Below are positions 8,547-17,058 of a stretch of DNA of 25,819 bases, piece after piece; within the stretch, counting starts at the first letter, position 1, and every line of letters begins with the position of its first letter. Source of the DNA: Polyangiales bacterium (GTDB lineage Bacteria > Myxococcota_A > Polyangia > Polyangiales > Houyiibacteriaceae); NCBI GenBank assembly GCA_045106895.1, contig JBGCFM010000044.1, positions 1 to 25,819 of the forward strand, in the 5' to 3' direction. The notes under the pieces were generated by a model. It was not told the origin of the DNA, did not search any database, and was given only the letters and a program-made list of their open reading frames with translations. The position numbers and the translations under genes were made by a program.

Positions 8547-10622
8547 TTACTCTACTGCGCGCAAATCTGCACGGTCCGCGCCGAGGGAGAACACCGGCGG
8601 CGATCCGAGCGGGGCTTCCACGTCGATTCGCGCTGGTCCGCTGAACTCCTCGCCGCTCCAAACGTGAAACCACTGGCCTTCCGGCAGGTAAACGCTCCGT
8701 GAGGTCTGCCCCTCACCGGTGATGGGCGCGACGAGGAGGGAGCCGAGGAGGAACTGGTCATCGATGGCCCAGGTTTCGCGGTCTTCTGGATAAGCGAGCA
8801 TCAGGTGCTCCACCATCGGACGGCTCGAGGCCTGGGCGCGATCCGCCAGCTCACGAAAGAGCGGCTCAAGGAGCGCGTGGATTCGAACGAAGCGGCGGAA
8901 GTGTACAAGCGTCTCTTCGTCGCTGTTCCAATCCCAGTTTTGGTCCCGCGCGTTGCCTTCGTGCGTCCGCATGATGGGCGTGAAGGCCCCGAGTTCTGTC
9001 CAGCGAAAGTAGAGCTCCTTTGTGCTCGGCCCGCCGCTGAACCCAGCGATGTCATGGGTGACATTGGGTTGCCCCGCGAGGCCCAGCCCCAGCATCCCGG
9101 GGACCACCGTGGGCAGCCCGTCTTCTGGAAGGAAGTCCGCTTCTTGGTCACCGACCCAGTGAATCTGTGAGACGCCTTGGGTGCCCCGCCAACCCGCGCG
9201 ACCGAAGAACGCGTAGTCGCCTCCCGGGCGCTCAGCCTCGAAAGCCTCCATCGCCATCTGCTGCCAGAGCACCGTGAAGCGGTTGTGCAGCGCGGCTCCT
9301 GTTTCGCCCGTGGAGCTCTGCGCGTCGAGCGGAGTCCACTCGGAGAAGTCCTGCATCCAGCCATCGAAACCGTAGTCGCGAATCATCGCGCGAAGAGCGC
9401 CGACGACATAATCGCGCGCCGCGGGGTTCGTCAGGTCTGGGTGCGCGGACATTCCGTTTGGCGCAAAGAATGTGTACGCCTCGCCCTCGCTATTTGTGAG
9501 CAAGAGTCCTTGCTCTTCCATCTCCGCGAAGTGGTTTGGCAGCATCGTGTCGATAAACGGGTTCGCGTAGGCGAGGAAGCGGTAGCCGCGCTCGCGCAGA
9601 TCGCGCACGAGCCCGGGCAGGTCTGGATAGAACTCGTCGTCTGCCTCCCAGCGATATTGCACGCCGAAGCCTCCGCCAAAGTTCATACGACGGCCCGTCC
9701 AGTCTTGAACCCAAAAGGCGCTGACGGGCAAGTCCGCGGCTTCCACGGCGTCTACTTCAGCGAGGACCTCTTCGCGTCCTCCTTGGGCGGCGAGCCAGAG
9801 TCCAAACGCCCAGTCCGGGAGAGGCGCCGGCACACCGACCTCTTCGCCCAGCTGACGAACGACATCGAGGGGCTCCGGGCCGGTGAACACGACCCACTCG
9901 ACGGCGCCGGGACTCGTGACCTCGATGCCAGCGACGTCCTCGTCGGTGTCGCAGAGGTCCACGCGCACGCGCTCGTCGGTGCGGAAGAGCACCCCATGGC
10001 CGCGGCCGTCCATCCAATAAGGCATCGGAAAGTACGTCGTGTGCAGGTCGCCTTCGAAGGTTCGGCCGTTCACGCCAGGAGCGCTCGTGCGCCCGATTCC
10101 TTGCTCCGACGAAATCAGATCGAAGCTGCTCCCACGTAGATCCGTGCCATTGTATTGAACGCCGAAACCGTGGAAAGAACCCGCCTCGTCGCAGCGCACT
10201 GGGATCGTCACGGAGTCGCCACGCTCTTCGTCGAACTCAAATCGAAACGCGACGCGCTCGTCGTTCTCTTCACGGATACGGAGCGTTCCGCGGCCGGCTT
10301 CGCCCTCGAACTCAATGAGGACCGCGTCACCATCCCTCGTGGCGCTTGTGCGCGATGTCCCAAGAGCGGACTCGTCAGTCCGCGTGTATTCATAGATCGC
10401 CAGTGTGCCCTCGACACTCTCCGTGTACGAGAGGCGTCGGGGTCCATCGTGCGCGAGGGCGAACGTCGCCTCACCATCGGTCCAAAGCTCGATGCCCCGA
10501 TCGCTAAGCACCACCTCGTGCACGCCGATGGGGAAGCGCTCTTCGGCGGGGGCTTCGTCGCAGGCGCCGAGGCAGAGAAGGGCGGCGCAGGCGAAGTGTT
10601 TTAGAGAGCTTCGGTCAAACAT
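8547..10622 (-). CDS. Glycoside hydrolase family 31 lipoprotein, YihQ/sulfoquinovosidase-like scaffold
   Basis: EQGIGR, TYFPMPY, WVQDWTG, nucleophile WMQDFSE, acid/base WVGDQ, DIAG, FTPIMRTHEGN; lipobox LGAC after ATG 10622. Confidence 0.9.
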   Translation of the reverse strand: MFDRSSLKHFACAALLCLGACDEAPAEERFPIGVHEVVLSDRGIELWTDGEATFALAHDGPRRLSYTESVEGTLAIYEYTRTDESALGTSRTSATRDGDAVLIEFEGEAGRGTLRIREENDERVAFRFEFDEERGDSVTIPVRCDEAGSFHGFGVQYNGTDLRGSSFDLISSEQGIGRTSAPGVNGRTFEGDLHTTYFPMPYWMDGRGHGVLFRTDERVRVDLCDTDEDVAGIEVTSPGAVEWVVFTGPEPLDVVRQLGEEVGVPAPLPDWAFGLWLAAQGGREEVLAEVDAVEAADLPVSAFWVQDWTGRRMNFGGGFGVQYRWEADDEFYPDLPGLVRDLRERGYRFLAYANPFIDTMLPNHFAEMEEQGLLLTNSEGEAYTFFAPNGMSAHPDLTNPAARDYVVGALRAMIRDYGFDGWMQDFSEWTPLDAQSSTGETGAALHNRFTVLWQQMAMEAFEAERPGGDYAFFGRAGWRGTQGVSQIHWVGDQEADFLPEDGLPTVVPGMLGLGLAGQPNVTHDIAGFSGGPSTKELYFRWTELGAFTPIMRTHEGNARDQNWDWNSDEETLVHFRRFVRIHALLEPLFRELADRAQASSRPMVEHLMLAYPEDRETWAIDDQFLLGSLLVAPITGEGQTSRSVYLPEGQWFHVWSGEEFSGPARIDVEAPLGSPPVFSLGADRADLRAVE

Positions 10623-10662
10623 GGCTGTAGTTATCGTCCACAGCCGCGAAATAGGTAAGTCA

Positions 10663-10881
10663 TTACGCAACCGAGGACAGAAGCAGGACGATCTGCGCCG
10701 CCATGCCGAAGGTCGCGAAGCGCACCGCGCCGCCCGCGGCGTCTGCGACGTGTCCCGTAACTCGAAGCTTTCGCTCAAGTCGCGACGCCGCTTCGTCGTC
10801 GATGGGCGCAGGTGCCGGCGAGGCTCCCTCGAAGAACTCAGCCTCGAGCGGGTCGTGCGGGTCGTTAGCCTCGTCGGTCAT
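10663..10881 (-). CDS. Small hypothetical protein (72 aa) with acidic N-terminus and hydrophobic C-terminus
   Basis: Fills the gap between co-oriented genes; TGC-TAACTT -10-like element 6 nt before the ATG. Confidence 0.6.
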   Translation of the reverse strand: MTDEANDPHDPLEAEFFEGASPAPAPIDDEAASRLERKLRVTGHVADAAGGAVRFATFGMAAQIVLLLSSVA

Positions 10882-10911
10882 TAACGAAAGTTAGCATACA
10901 CGACGCCGCGC

Positions 10912-13029
10912 TCAGTGAGCAGACACCGAGACCTGGTCGCGGCCGCTGTGTTTGGCTACGTAGAGCGCCTTGTCGCTGGCCTTGAAGAGCTCGTCGCCAT
11001 CCTTCGGATCGTCTGGGTCGTCGCCGTAGAAGGTGGCGACGCCGAGGGACGCTGTGACCGAGAGGCGGCCGATCTCCGTCTGGAAGATCGTGGTCTTGAG
11101 CTCTTCACGAATGCGTTCCGCGAGAAGACGCGCGCCTTCGACCTCGGTCTCTTCGCAAAGCACGCAGAACTCTTCGCCGCCGAATCGAGCGACGATGTCT
11201 GTGTCGCGCTTCACGTTGCGGAGGATCTCGCCGAGCTCCTTGATGACCACGTCGCCGGTCGCATGACCGTAGGTGTCGTTGACGGACTTGAAGTGGTCGA
11301 TGTCTGTGACGATGAGCGAAAGCGGCCGGTTGAAGCGCTTCGCCGAGGCGAGCTTGCGCTCAAGCTCCTCCAGGAAAGCGCGCTTGTTGAGGCATTTGGT
11401 CAGGCCATCCGTGGTGGCCATCTCTTCAAGGCGCGCTACCGCTTTGGCGTTGGACATCGACACGGCGAGCTGGTTCGTTAGCACCGAGAGCGTCGAGCGT
11501 ACGCTGTCCGTGAAGGCGTGCTCGCGCTTCGCGGCCATGGCGAGGGTGCCGATGGCGTCTTCGCGAACGACGAGGGGAAGAATCAGGAGCGAGTTCATGC
11601 CCTTGAGGTTGGTGCGTTTCGTAAACACCGTCTGCTGACGCGGGTCAAAGTCGCCGCGGTAGGGCAAGTAGTGCTTGTTCTTGACGGCCATGGCCGTCAG
11701 CGAGGTGTTGTCGCGGAAGGTGAGTGTCTCCACACCCTCGGCGCCGATGCCGACGGCGCGTCGCACGCGGTGTCGCTTCTCGTCGGCGTCGTAGAGGGTG
11801 ATGGCGGCAAAGTCGAAGGGAGCGATCTCTCCGGCGGCTTCAAGAGCGGCGTCGATGACCGCCTTCTCGTCGAGCGCTGCCCCGAGAGACTGCGAAGCCT
11901 TGTGCAGTACCGTCTGCTCACGCTTGGTGCGTTCGAGCTGAACAAAGACGCGCTCGTTTTCAAGGGCCCGAAGGAGATGCGTCACGGAGCGCTCGAGAGC
12001 CTTCTCCTCCTTCGGGTCGAAGGGGCGGTCCGCCAGGCGGTCGGCGCAAAGAACACCACGAAGTGTGCTGCCATCGAGGATGGGCACACCGATGAAGGAC
12101 TGAACAAGGGCCGGGCCAGCGTAGTAAGAGAGACCTTTGTAGCCGGGCTTGATGTGCTCAAGGTTCATGGACTGCGCGCGTTTGATGACAGCACCCACGG
12201 CGCCCTCGCCGGAGTCGAAGGGGCCTTCGGCCACATGGTCGCTCTCGGTGACGAGCTCGGCGATGCGCATCTGCTTTCCGCTCTCGTCGAGGAGGAGGAG
12301 GACGCAGGTGTGAAGGTCGAAGGTGGTGTGAAGAAGCTGCAGCACGTGAAAGAGCTGCTGCTTGGCTTCTTCAACGCTGGAACGCGTGAGACGCTCTTCG
12401 TCGGTGGCGCCGGCGGCGGATGGTGCCGAGACCAAGCGGAACATGCGCGCGTCGGATCGAACGCGTTCTTGCTCGCCGGCGAGCTCTCGGCGTGAGTGCT
12501 CCCGTACCCGAGCGATCTCCGCGCGGGTGAAGAGAAGGTTGAGCGCGCCGAAGAGGAGAATGAAGGTCGCGTTGAAGGCGAAAGGAGCCGGCTCGGTGTT
12601 GCCTTCGGTGAGGAAGTAGAGCGCGGCTTCGTAGAAGAGCGCGAACACAACCAGGATCACTCCAGCGGAGCGACGCGCGAAGGCAGCGAGGAACGCGACG
12701 CTGACGTACACCAGAGGGTGCAGCGCGCCATCGAGTCCTCCGGTCATCTGAACCGAGGCCTGAACACCGACGAGGGCCAAGAGGCCGAGCTCCAAGTCGA
12801 TGAAGGGGAAGCCTTCGCTCTTGTCGGTCTTCATGCGAACGGCGGCGCGCGAGACAAGCGCTGCGGTCCACATGGCGATGACGACCATGTGCTCGAGTCG
12901 AAGCTCGCTGACGGAGACTTCGAAGATCCCGAGGAGCGTGAAGAGCATGCACGCGAAGCCCGCGACGAACCCATAGCCCCCGCGAATGCCTCGGCGGAAC
13001 TTGAGTGCGGCGTGAACAAGAGTCGTCAT
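10912..13029 (-). CDS. Membrane diguanylate cyclase (multi-TM, GAF, GAF, GGDEF) with DmxA-like architecture
   Basis: SD GGAGG before ATG 13029; several TM helices; two GAF-like regions; DGLT, DIDHFKSVNDTYGH, I-site RDTD, GGEEF. Confidence 0.92.
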   Translation of the reverse strand: MTTLVHAALKFRRGIRGGYGFVAGFACMLFTLLGIFEVSVSELRLEHMVVIAMWTAALVSRAAVRMKTDKSEGFPFIDLELGLLALVGVQASVQMTGGLDGALHPLVYVSVAFLAAFARRSAGVILVVFALFYEAALYFLTEGNTEPAPFAFNATFILLFGALNLLFTRAEIARVREHSRRELAGEQERVRSDARMFRLVSAPSAAGATDEERLTRSSVEEAKQQLFHVLQLLHTTFDLHTCVLLLLDESGKQMRIAELVTESDHVAEGPFDSGEGAVGAVIKRAQSMNLEHIKPGYKGLSYYAGPALVQSFIGVPILDGSTLRGVLCADRLADRPFDPKEEKALERSVTHLLRALENERVFVQLERTKREQTVLHKASQSLGAALDEKAVIDAALEAAGEIAPFDFAAITLYDADEKRHRVRRAVGIGAEGVETLTFRDNTSLTAMAVKNKHYLPYRGDFDPRQQTVFTKRTNLKGMNSLLILPLVVREDAIGTLAMAAKREHAFTDSVRSTLSVLTNQLAVSMSNAKAVARLEEMATTDGLTKCLNKRAFLEELERKLASAKRFNRPLSLIVTDIDHFKSVNDTYGHATGDVVIKELGEILRNVKRDTDIVARFGGEEFCVLCEETEVEGARLLAERIREELKTTIFQTEIGRLSVTASLGVATFYGDDPDDPKDGDELFKASDKALYVAKHSGRDQVSVSAH

Positions 13030-13144
13030 GGGGTCCTCCATTGGTGTTACGGAAGTCCGCCGACGAGAGCAAAAAAGGTGCAGCTCTTTGCCGAAATCAC
13101 CCTCACATCTACGCGCATGTAGGAAAATGAGGGCCGTCGTCGCG

Positions 13145-14611
13145 TCAGCCGGGAGGACAGCGAGAGTCGGTGTTCGGGCCCCAGATCCAGCCGCGCACCG
13201 GTGCGCTGATCCGCCACCAACGCCCGCGTCTTTCTTCCACTTCCAGAAGAGTACCGTTGTCGAGGGTACGCTCCACGTTCGCACGTGTCCCCGGGGCGGC
13301 ACGAACGTTGGTGGTGCCGTCGGGGTCCGCGACGTGGACGGGGCACTCGCGCGAAGCTTCCACCGGTCTCGTCAGATCCGGGAGCTCATACTCGACCGAT
13401 GGCGATGAAAAGAACGCATTCATTGGAACGCCGCGGCGGAAGCGCCGCAGACCCGCCGGCGCGCCCTGCATATTCGTCAAGACGACGCGGCCGCGATGCA
13501 CCGCAAAGTCCGAGCGCCAGTCGCCGCGGACAAGGCGCGGCTGGTCGCTGTCGTCATAGTGGTAGTCGCCCTGCTGGACCTGCACTGGGAAAGAGCGACA
13601 GCGGCGTCGATTCACGTCGCAAAGGTGAGTCGTCACGATGATGCGCTCTGGGCCGTCGGGCGTGGAGTAGCCTTGAGCACGTACGAAGGCGTAGAGCCCC
13701 GGCTGCGCGTGGCCGTAGTTCGATACTTCGCTCTGCACGACGGAGGTCCAGCAGTCGAGGCTCGGAAAGTCGGGGAAGCTGCCGCGAACGCTGATGCGGC
13801 CATCGCTCTCGCGGCGCAAGAGGTAGGCGACAGCGTCCAGCCCGTCACCGAAGCCGCGCTCCTCCGGGGCGATCTTGTATGGGTAGTCACAGCGCATCGT
13901 CGCGAGAGCGTCACGTTCTTCTCCAGTGAAGGGGGGGATCTCCGGAATGTCGTCCATGACCTCGTTGTAGGCCTCTTCGTAGCCGGCTCCCCGCGTCTGC
14001 CACGCGATGCCGCGGGCCGGGTAGCAGCGCGCCATGAGTCCGTGGCGAAGCTGGGCATGCGCCATGACAAAGCTCTGGGCTTCGTCGAGGTCACTCGCCA
14101 AAGGCAGTTCCCCGTCGTTCAGACGAAGGTCGACGCCGCTGGGAAGACGTCGGTCTGAGAAAGGGGCGACGAAGCGGGTGCGGCCGCTTGCGGAGAGTCG
14201 TAGCGCGGCCTGAAGCGTGTCGCCGATGAGGAACGCGGCTACGGCGAGTTCTTCATCACTGCAGGCGAAGTTTGCTTGGTCCATCGCCAGGTCGCGGGCC
14301 TCTTCGCTCACGTTGCTTTCGCCGCGCCCTTGTAGGAGCGCGAGCTGCGAAAGAGCTCGGGGGCAGCGCGTCGCGTCGTAGGCTTGTTTCTCCGTCGGAC
14401 CCCAGCGCTCTTCGCCTTCCTCGTCGTAGCGTTCACCAAGGGAAGCGCGTGTCTCGTCGAAGTGGTCAAGGGCCTCCGCGAACTCACCGTTTCGGTAGCC
14501 GCGCTCTGCCGCTGTGAGCGAGTCGCGCCAAGGGGCTTGAGCGAAGGCCGGCGTGGCGAAGAGCCCCAAGGCCAAGCAAAGGGCAAGCCCGCGTTCCAAG
14601 CAGAAGTTCAT
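13145..14611 (-). CDS. Secreted protein with N-terminal helical/TPR-like region and C-terminal SH3b domain
   Basis: Signal MNFCLERGLALCLALGLFATPAFA-Q; C-terminal TNVRAAPG...L.NGT.L.V..RRGRWWRI...GWI SH3_3-like pattern. Confidence 0.75.
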   Translation of the reverse strand: MNFCLERGLALCLALGLFATPAFAQAPWRDSLTAAERGYRNGEFAEALDHFDETRASLGERYDEEGEERWGPTEKQAYDATRCPRALSQLALLQGRGESNVSEEARDLAMDQANFACSDEELAVAAFLIGDTLQAALRLSASGRTRFVAPFSDRRLPSGVDLRLNDGELPLASDLDEAQSFVMAHAQLRHGLMARCYPARGIAWQTRGAGYEEAYNEVMDDIPEIPPFTGEERDALATMRCDYPYKIAPEERGFGDGLDAVAYLLRRESDGRISVRGSFPDFPSLDCWTSVVQSEVSNYGHAQPGLYAFVRAQGYSTPDGPERIIVTTHLCDVNRRRCRSFPVQVQQGDYHYDDSDQPRLVRGDWRSDFAVHRGRVVLTNMQGAPAGLRRFRRGVPMNAFFSSPSVEYELPDLTRPVEASRECPVHVADPDGTTNVRAAPGTRANVERTLDNGTLLEVEERRGRWWRISAPVRGWIWGPNTDSRCPPG

Positions 14612-14839
14612 GTCGGAGTGCCTAACAGACGACACGGTCTGGAAGATTCCGCGGTGGAACATTTGATGCTCATCAATTCTCTTTCGCGATGCGACTTCCG
14701 CACGGAAGCCTTCCCGGCGGGAGCCAGGTATTTCCAAGGATGTCCGATCATCCGCCCCCCAGGGTGGAAACCATGTCGTGGCGCACAAAAGACTTAGCGT
14801 CGGCTAGATCTTCCGCGCGCCGCGCTCGTAGGATTATCC

Positions 14840-15247
14840 ATGCGGCTCCTGCTCCCACTTTTTCTCTTTGGCTGTTCTCACCAGATTCTTGGCGAGGGGG
14901 TGCGCTCGGGTGATGACGTGGTTCATCTCGCAGTGGAAGCAGGCTGCTCCGCAACAGCCGGCGATCACGTCTCGGTGGATGGTGCGGAGCTCACGAGCCG
15001 CCGCATACTCCTACGACTCCGTCATGGGGGCGGATGCGAAGAGCACACCTACCGTCTCTGTCCAGACCCCGTCATCCTGCGTACGGACCCAGGCATTCAA
15101 CGCTTGGTCGTCGTGCACGACGCCGGGGGCGATATGTGCGAGGCGGAGTTCGACATCCTCGCCGAGGTCGCTCTCGAAGACCTTCCAAACGAAGTTCTCT
15201 CACTGGAGTCCCTCGAAGGAAACGTCGTCAACGTCAGCGTTCGCTGA
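14840..15247 (+). CDS. Hypothetical lipoprotein (135 aa)
   Basis: Lipobox LFGC; GGGCEEH...C...HDA.GD.CEA pattern suggests a small disulfide-bonded beta domain. Confidence 0.75.
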   Translation: MRLLLPLFLFGCSHQILGEGVRSGDDVVHLAVEAGCSATAGDHVSVDGAELTSRRILLRLRHGGGCEEHTYRLCPDPVILRTDPGIQRLVVVHDAGGDMCEAEFDILAEVALEDLPNEVLSLESLEGNVVNVSVR

Positions 15248-15267
15248 AGCGCTCTCGCCCCGCGCGG

Positions 15268-15295
15268 TTGACATGTCCGCCCAGGTTCTTATGGT
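15268..15295 (+). promoter_or_regulatory. Sigma70-type promoter of the tuf-paralog leader
   Basis: TTGACA 15268-15273, 16 nt, TATGGT 15290-15295. Confidence 0.7.
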
Positions 15296-15305
15296 TTGCT
15301 TTCCC

Positions 15306-15479
15306 ATGCGGAACTTTTTCCCCAGCACAAACGAACGCGACTCGAAGTCGTCCGGCACATCCGCCGCGACAACATCGACATCGCACGGCTGTGTCTCGAG
15401 TCTCACCGAACGAACATCGGAACAGACATCGGATACAGGGCCGGAGAGTTTCACGCATGACCCCTCTCGTACGAGTTAG
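15306..15479 (+). CDS. Candidate leader uORF (57 aa, Ser/Thr-rich), nearly leaderless
   Basis: ATG a few nt after the predicted TSS; MRNFFPSTNERDSKSSGTS...HDPSRTS*. Covers the antiterminator strand and ends about 30 nt before the terminator. Confidence 0.45.
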   Translation: MRNFFPSTNERDSKSSGTSAATTSTSHGCVSSLTERTSEQTSDTGPESFTHDPSRTS

Positions 15480-15483
15480 ATAG
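15457..15483 (+). CDS. Alternative candidate leader peptide MTPLVRVR
   Basis: SD GGAGAG 15443-15448; ATG ACC CCT CTC GTA CGA GTT AGA TAG; ends in an R-X-R motif using CGA/AGA codons. Confidence 0.4.
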   Translation: MTPLVRVR

Positions 15484-15510
15484 CTCAAACGAACCAAGGA
15501 TTTTGACGCG

Positions 15511-15540
15511 AAGCCCTCCGCTAACCCGGGGGGCTTTTTT
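15511..15540 (+). terminator. Intrinsic terminator in the 5' leader (attenuator)
   Basis: AAGCCCTCCG / loop CTAACC / CGGGGGGCTT stem (one G-U) with a T6 run at 15535-15540, lying between the promoter and the tuf start. Confidence 0.85.
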
Positions 15541-15633
15541 GCGTCTCTATCAAACGGGCTGGCGGAGGTTTTGCGTCAGAAACGCCGGGTTTCCCGGTGT
15601 GAAAACAGAGAACGCAAAGCAGAAAACAGTCCA

Positions 15634-16809
15634 ATGAACAACAACAAGCCACACATCAACGTCGGAACCATCGGTCACGTCGACCACGGAAAGACCACAC
15701 TTACCGCCGCCCTCTCCATGGTCGGCGCGCATCTTTATGGCGGCCGCGCCCAGGACTTCGAGAGCATCGACAATGCACCCGAGGAGAAGCGTCGTGGCAT
15801 CACCATCGTTGCGTCTCACGTCGCTTACGAGTCGGCGACGCGTCACTACGCGCACATCGACTGTCCGGGTCACGCCGACTTCATCAAGAACATGATCACC
15901 GGCGCGTCTCAGATGGACGGCGCGATCTTGCTCGTGGACGGCTCCAAGGGGCCGCAGGAGCAGACGCGTGAGCACATCTTGCTCGCCAAGCAGGTGGGCG
16001 TGGAGCACATGGTCGTGTTCATCAACAAGGTGGACATCGCGGACATGGAGCTTCTTGAGCTGGTGGAGCTTGAGGTCAGCGAGGCGCTCGCGGAGCGAGG
16101 TTTCGAGGGCGCTCACATGGTGCGAGGCTCGGCGCTTTTGGCGTCCGAGGCGGCGAAGGAGGGGCGTTTCGACGACCCCGCCATCGCATGCATCGTGGAG
16201 CTCCTCGAGGCCCTCGACACGCACGTGCCGGAGCCTGCGCGCGACCTTGACGCGCCTTTCATGATGCCCGTCGAGAGCGTGTGTACGATTCCGGGTCGCG
16301 GCACGGTTGTGACCGGCCGAGTTCAGCGCGGCCGTCTGCCTTTGCAGTCGGTGGTGCAGGTCGTCGGTCAGTCCGGGAAGGGCGAAGAGGGCGAGGTCGT
16401 CGTCACGGGCATCCAGGAGTTTCACCAGGACGTCCCTGAGGCCGTCGCCGGTCACAACGTGGGGCTCTTGCTCCGCGGCGTGGGCCGCAACGAGATCGCA
16501 CGTGGTCAGGTCATCGCGAGCCCGGGTTCGATTCAGCCGAGTCAGACCGGGACCGCGGAGATCTTCGTCCTCGCTGAGCACGAAGGCGGGCGCCGCAAGG
16601 CCTTCGCGCCTGGGTACACCCCGCAGTTCTACTTTGGAACGGCGGACGTCCCCGGGGTTTTGCTCTTCGACACGGCTCAGATCTCCCCTGGAGACCGAGC
16701 CACCATTCGTTTCGAGCTGACTCGTCCGATGGCCATCGAGCCCGGCATGCGTTTCGCGATGCGTGAGGGCAGGCGGACCATTGGCGCGGGAGTGGTGACG
16801 GCAACGTAG
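15634..16809 (+). CDS. tuf: Elongation factor Tu, divergent stand-alone paralog (tuf3-like)
   Basis: [51 protein letters not shown]. Lacks the MAKEKF N-terminus and is not in a str or tRNA-tuf operon context. Confidence 0.95.
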   Translation: MNNNKPHINVGTIGHVDHGKTTLTAALSMVGAHLYGGRAQDFESIDNAPEEKRRGITIVASHVAYESATRHYAHIDCPGHADFIKNMITGASQMDGAILLVDGSKGPQEQTREHILLAKQVGVEHMVVFINKVDIADMELLELVELEVSEALAERGFEGAHMVRGSALLASEAAKEGRFDDPAIACIVELLEALDTHVPEPARDLDAPFMMPVESVCTIPGRGTVVTGRVQRGRLPLQSVVQVVGQSGKGEEGEVVVTGIQEFHQDVPEAVAGHNVGLLLRGVGRNEIARGQVIASPGSIQPSQTGTAEIFVLAEHEGGRRKAFAPGYTPQFYFGTADVPGVLLFDTAQISPGDRATIRFELTRPMAIEPGMRFAMREGRRTIGAGVVTAT

Positions 16810-16812
16810 AAC

Positions 16813-16846
16813 GAGGCGGACCTTTCGGGGTCCGCCTCTTCTTTTT
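16813..16846 (+). terminator. Rho-independent terminator after tuf
   Basis: GAGGCGGACC-T-TTCG-G-GGTCCGCCTC followed by TTCTTTTT. Confidence 0.92.
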
Positions 16847-17058
16847 GGAACAGCCTTGCCGACCGTGCCTCACAAGTCTGACCTGCTCCGCGCAGGTTTT
16901 CTCCGTCGCCAAAGATGCTCCGTTTCCTGCACATGCCCGCACGGTCAATCGCCCGAATCCGAAGTCCTCGCGACGTCTTAGGGAAGGTCTGGTCGTATGA
17001 GGCGTAGTGTTTTCTGTGGCGCCGTTGGCGTAGGTCCGGGTTGGGCGAGGAGCGTGTG

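Noticed and set aside
2884..15633. ORF-track N-terminal extensions (kinase from 2884, GH31 from 10778, DGC from 13302, SH3 protein from 14788, EF-Tu from 15571)
   Set aside because: They overlap neighbouring genes or regulatory DNA. Downstream starts fit signal peptides, SD or -10 motifs and domain boundaries better.
15634..16809. SelB interpretation of the GTPase (GIQ motif, less acidic pocket)
   Set aside because: It has EF-Tu length, no C-terminal winged-helix extension, and EF-Tu-specific motifs throughout.
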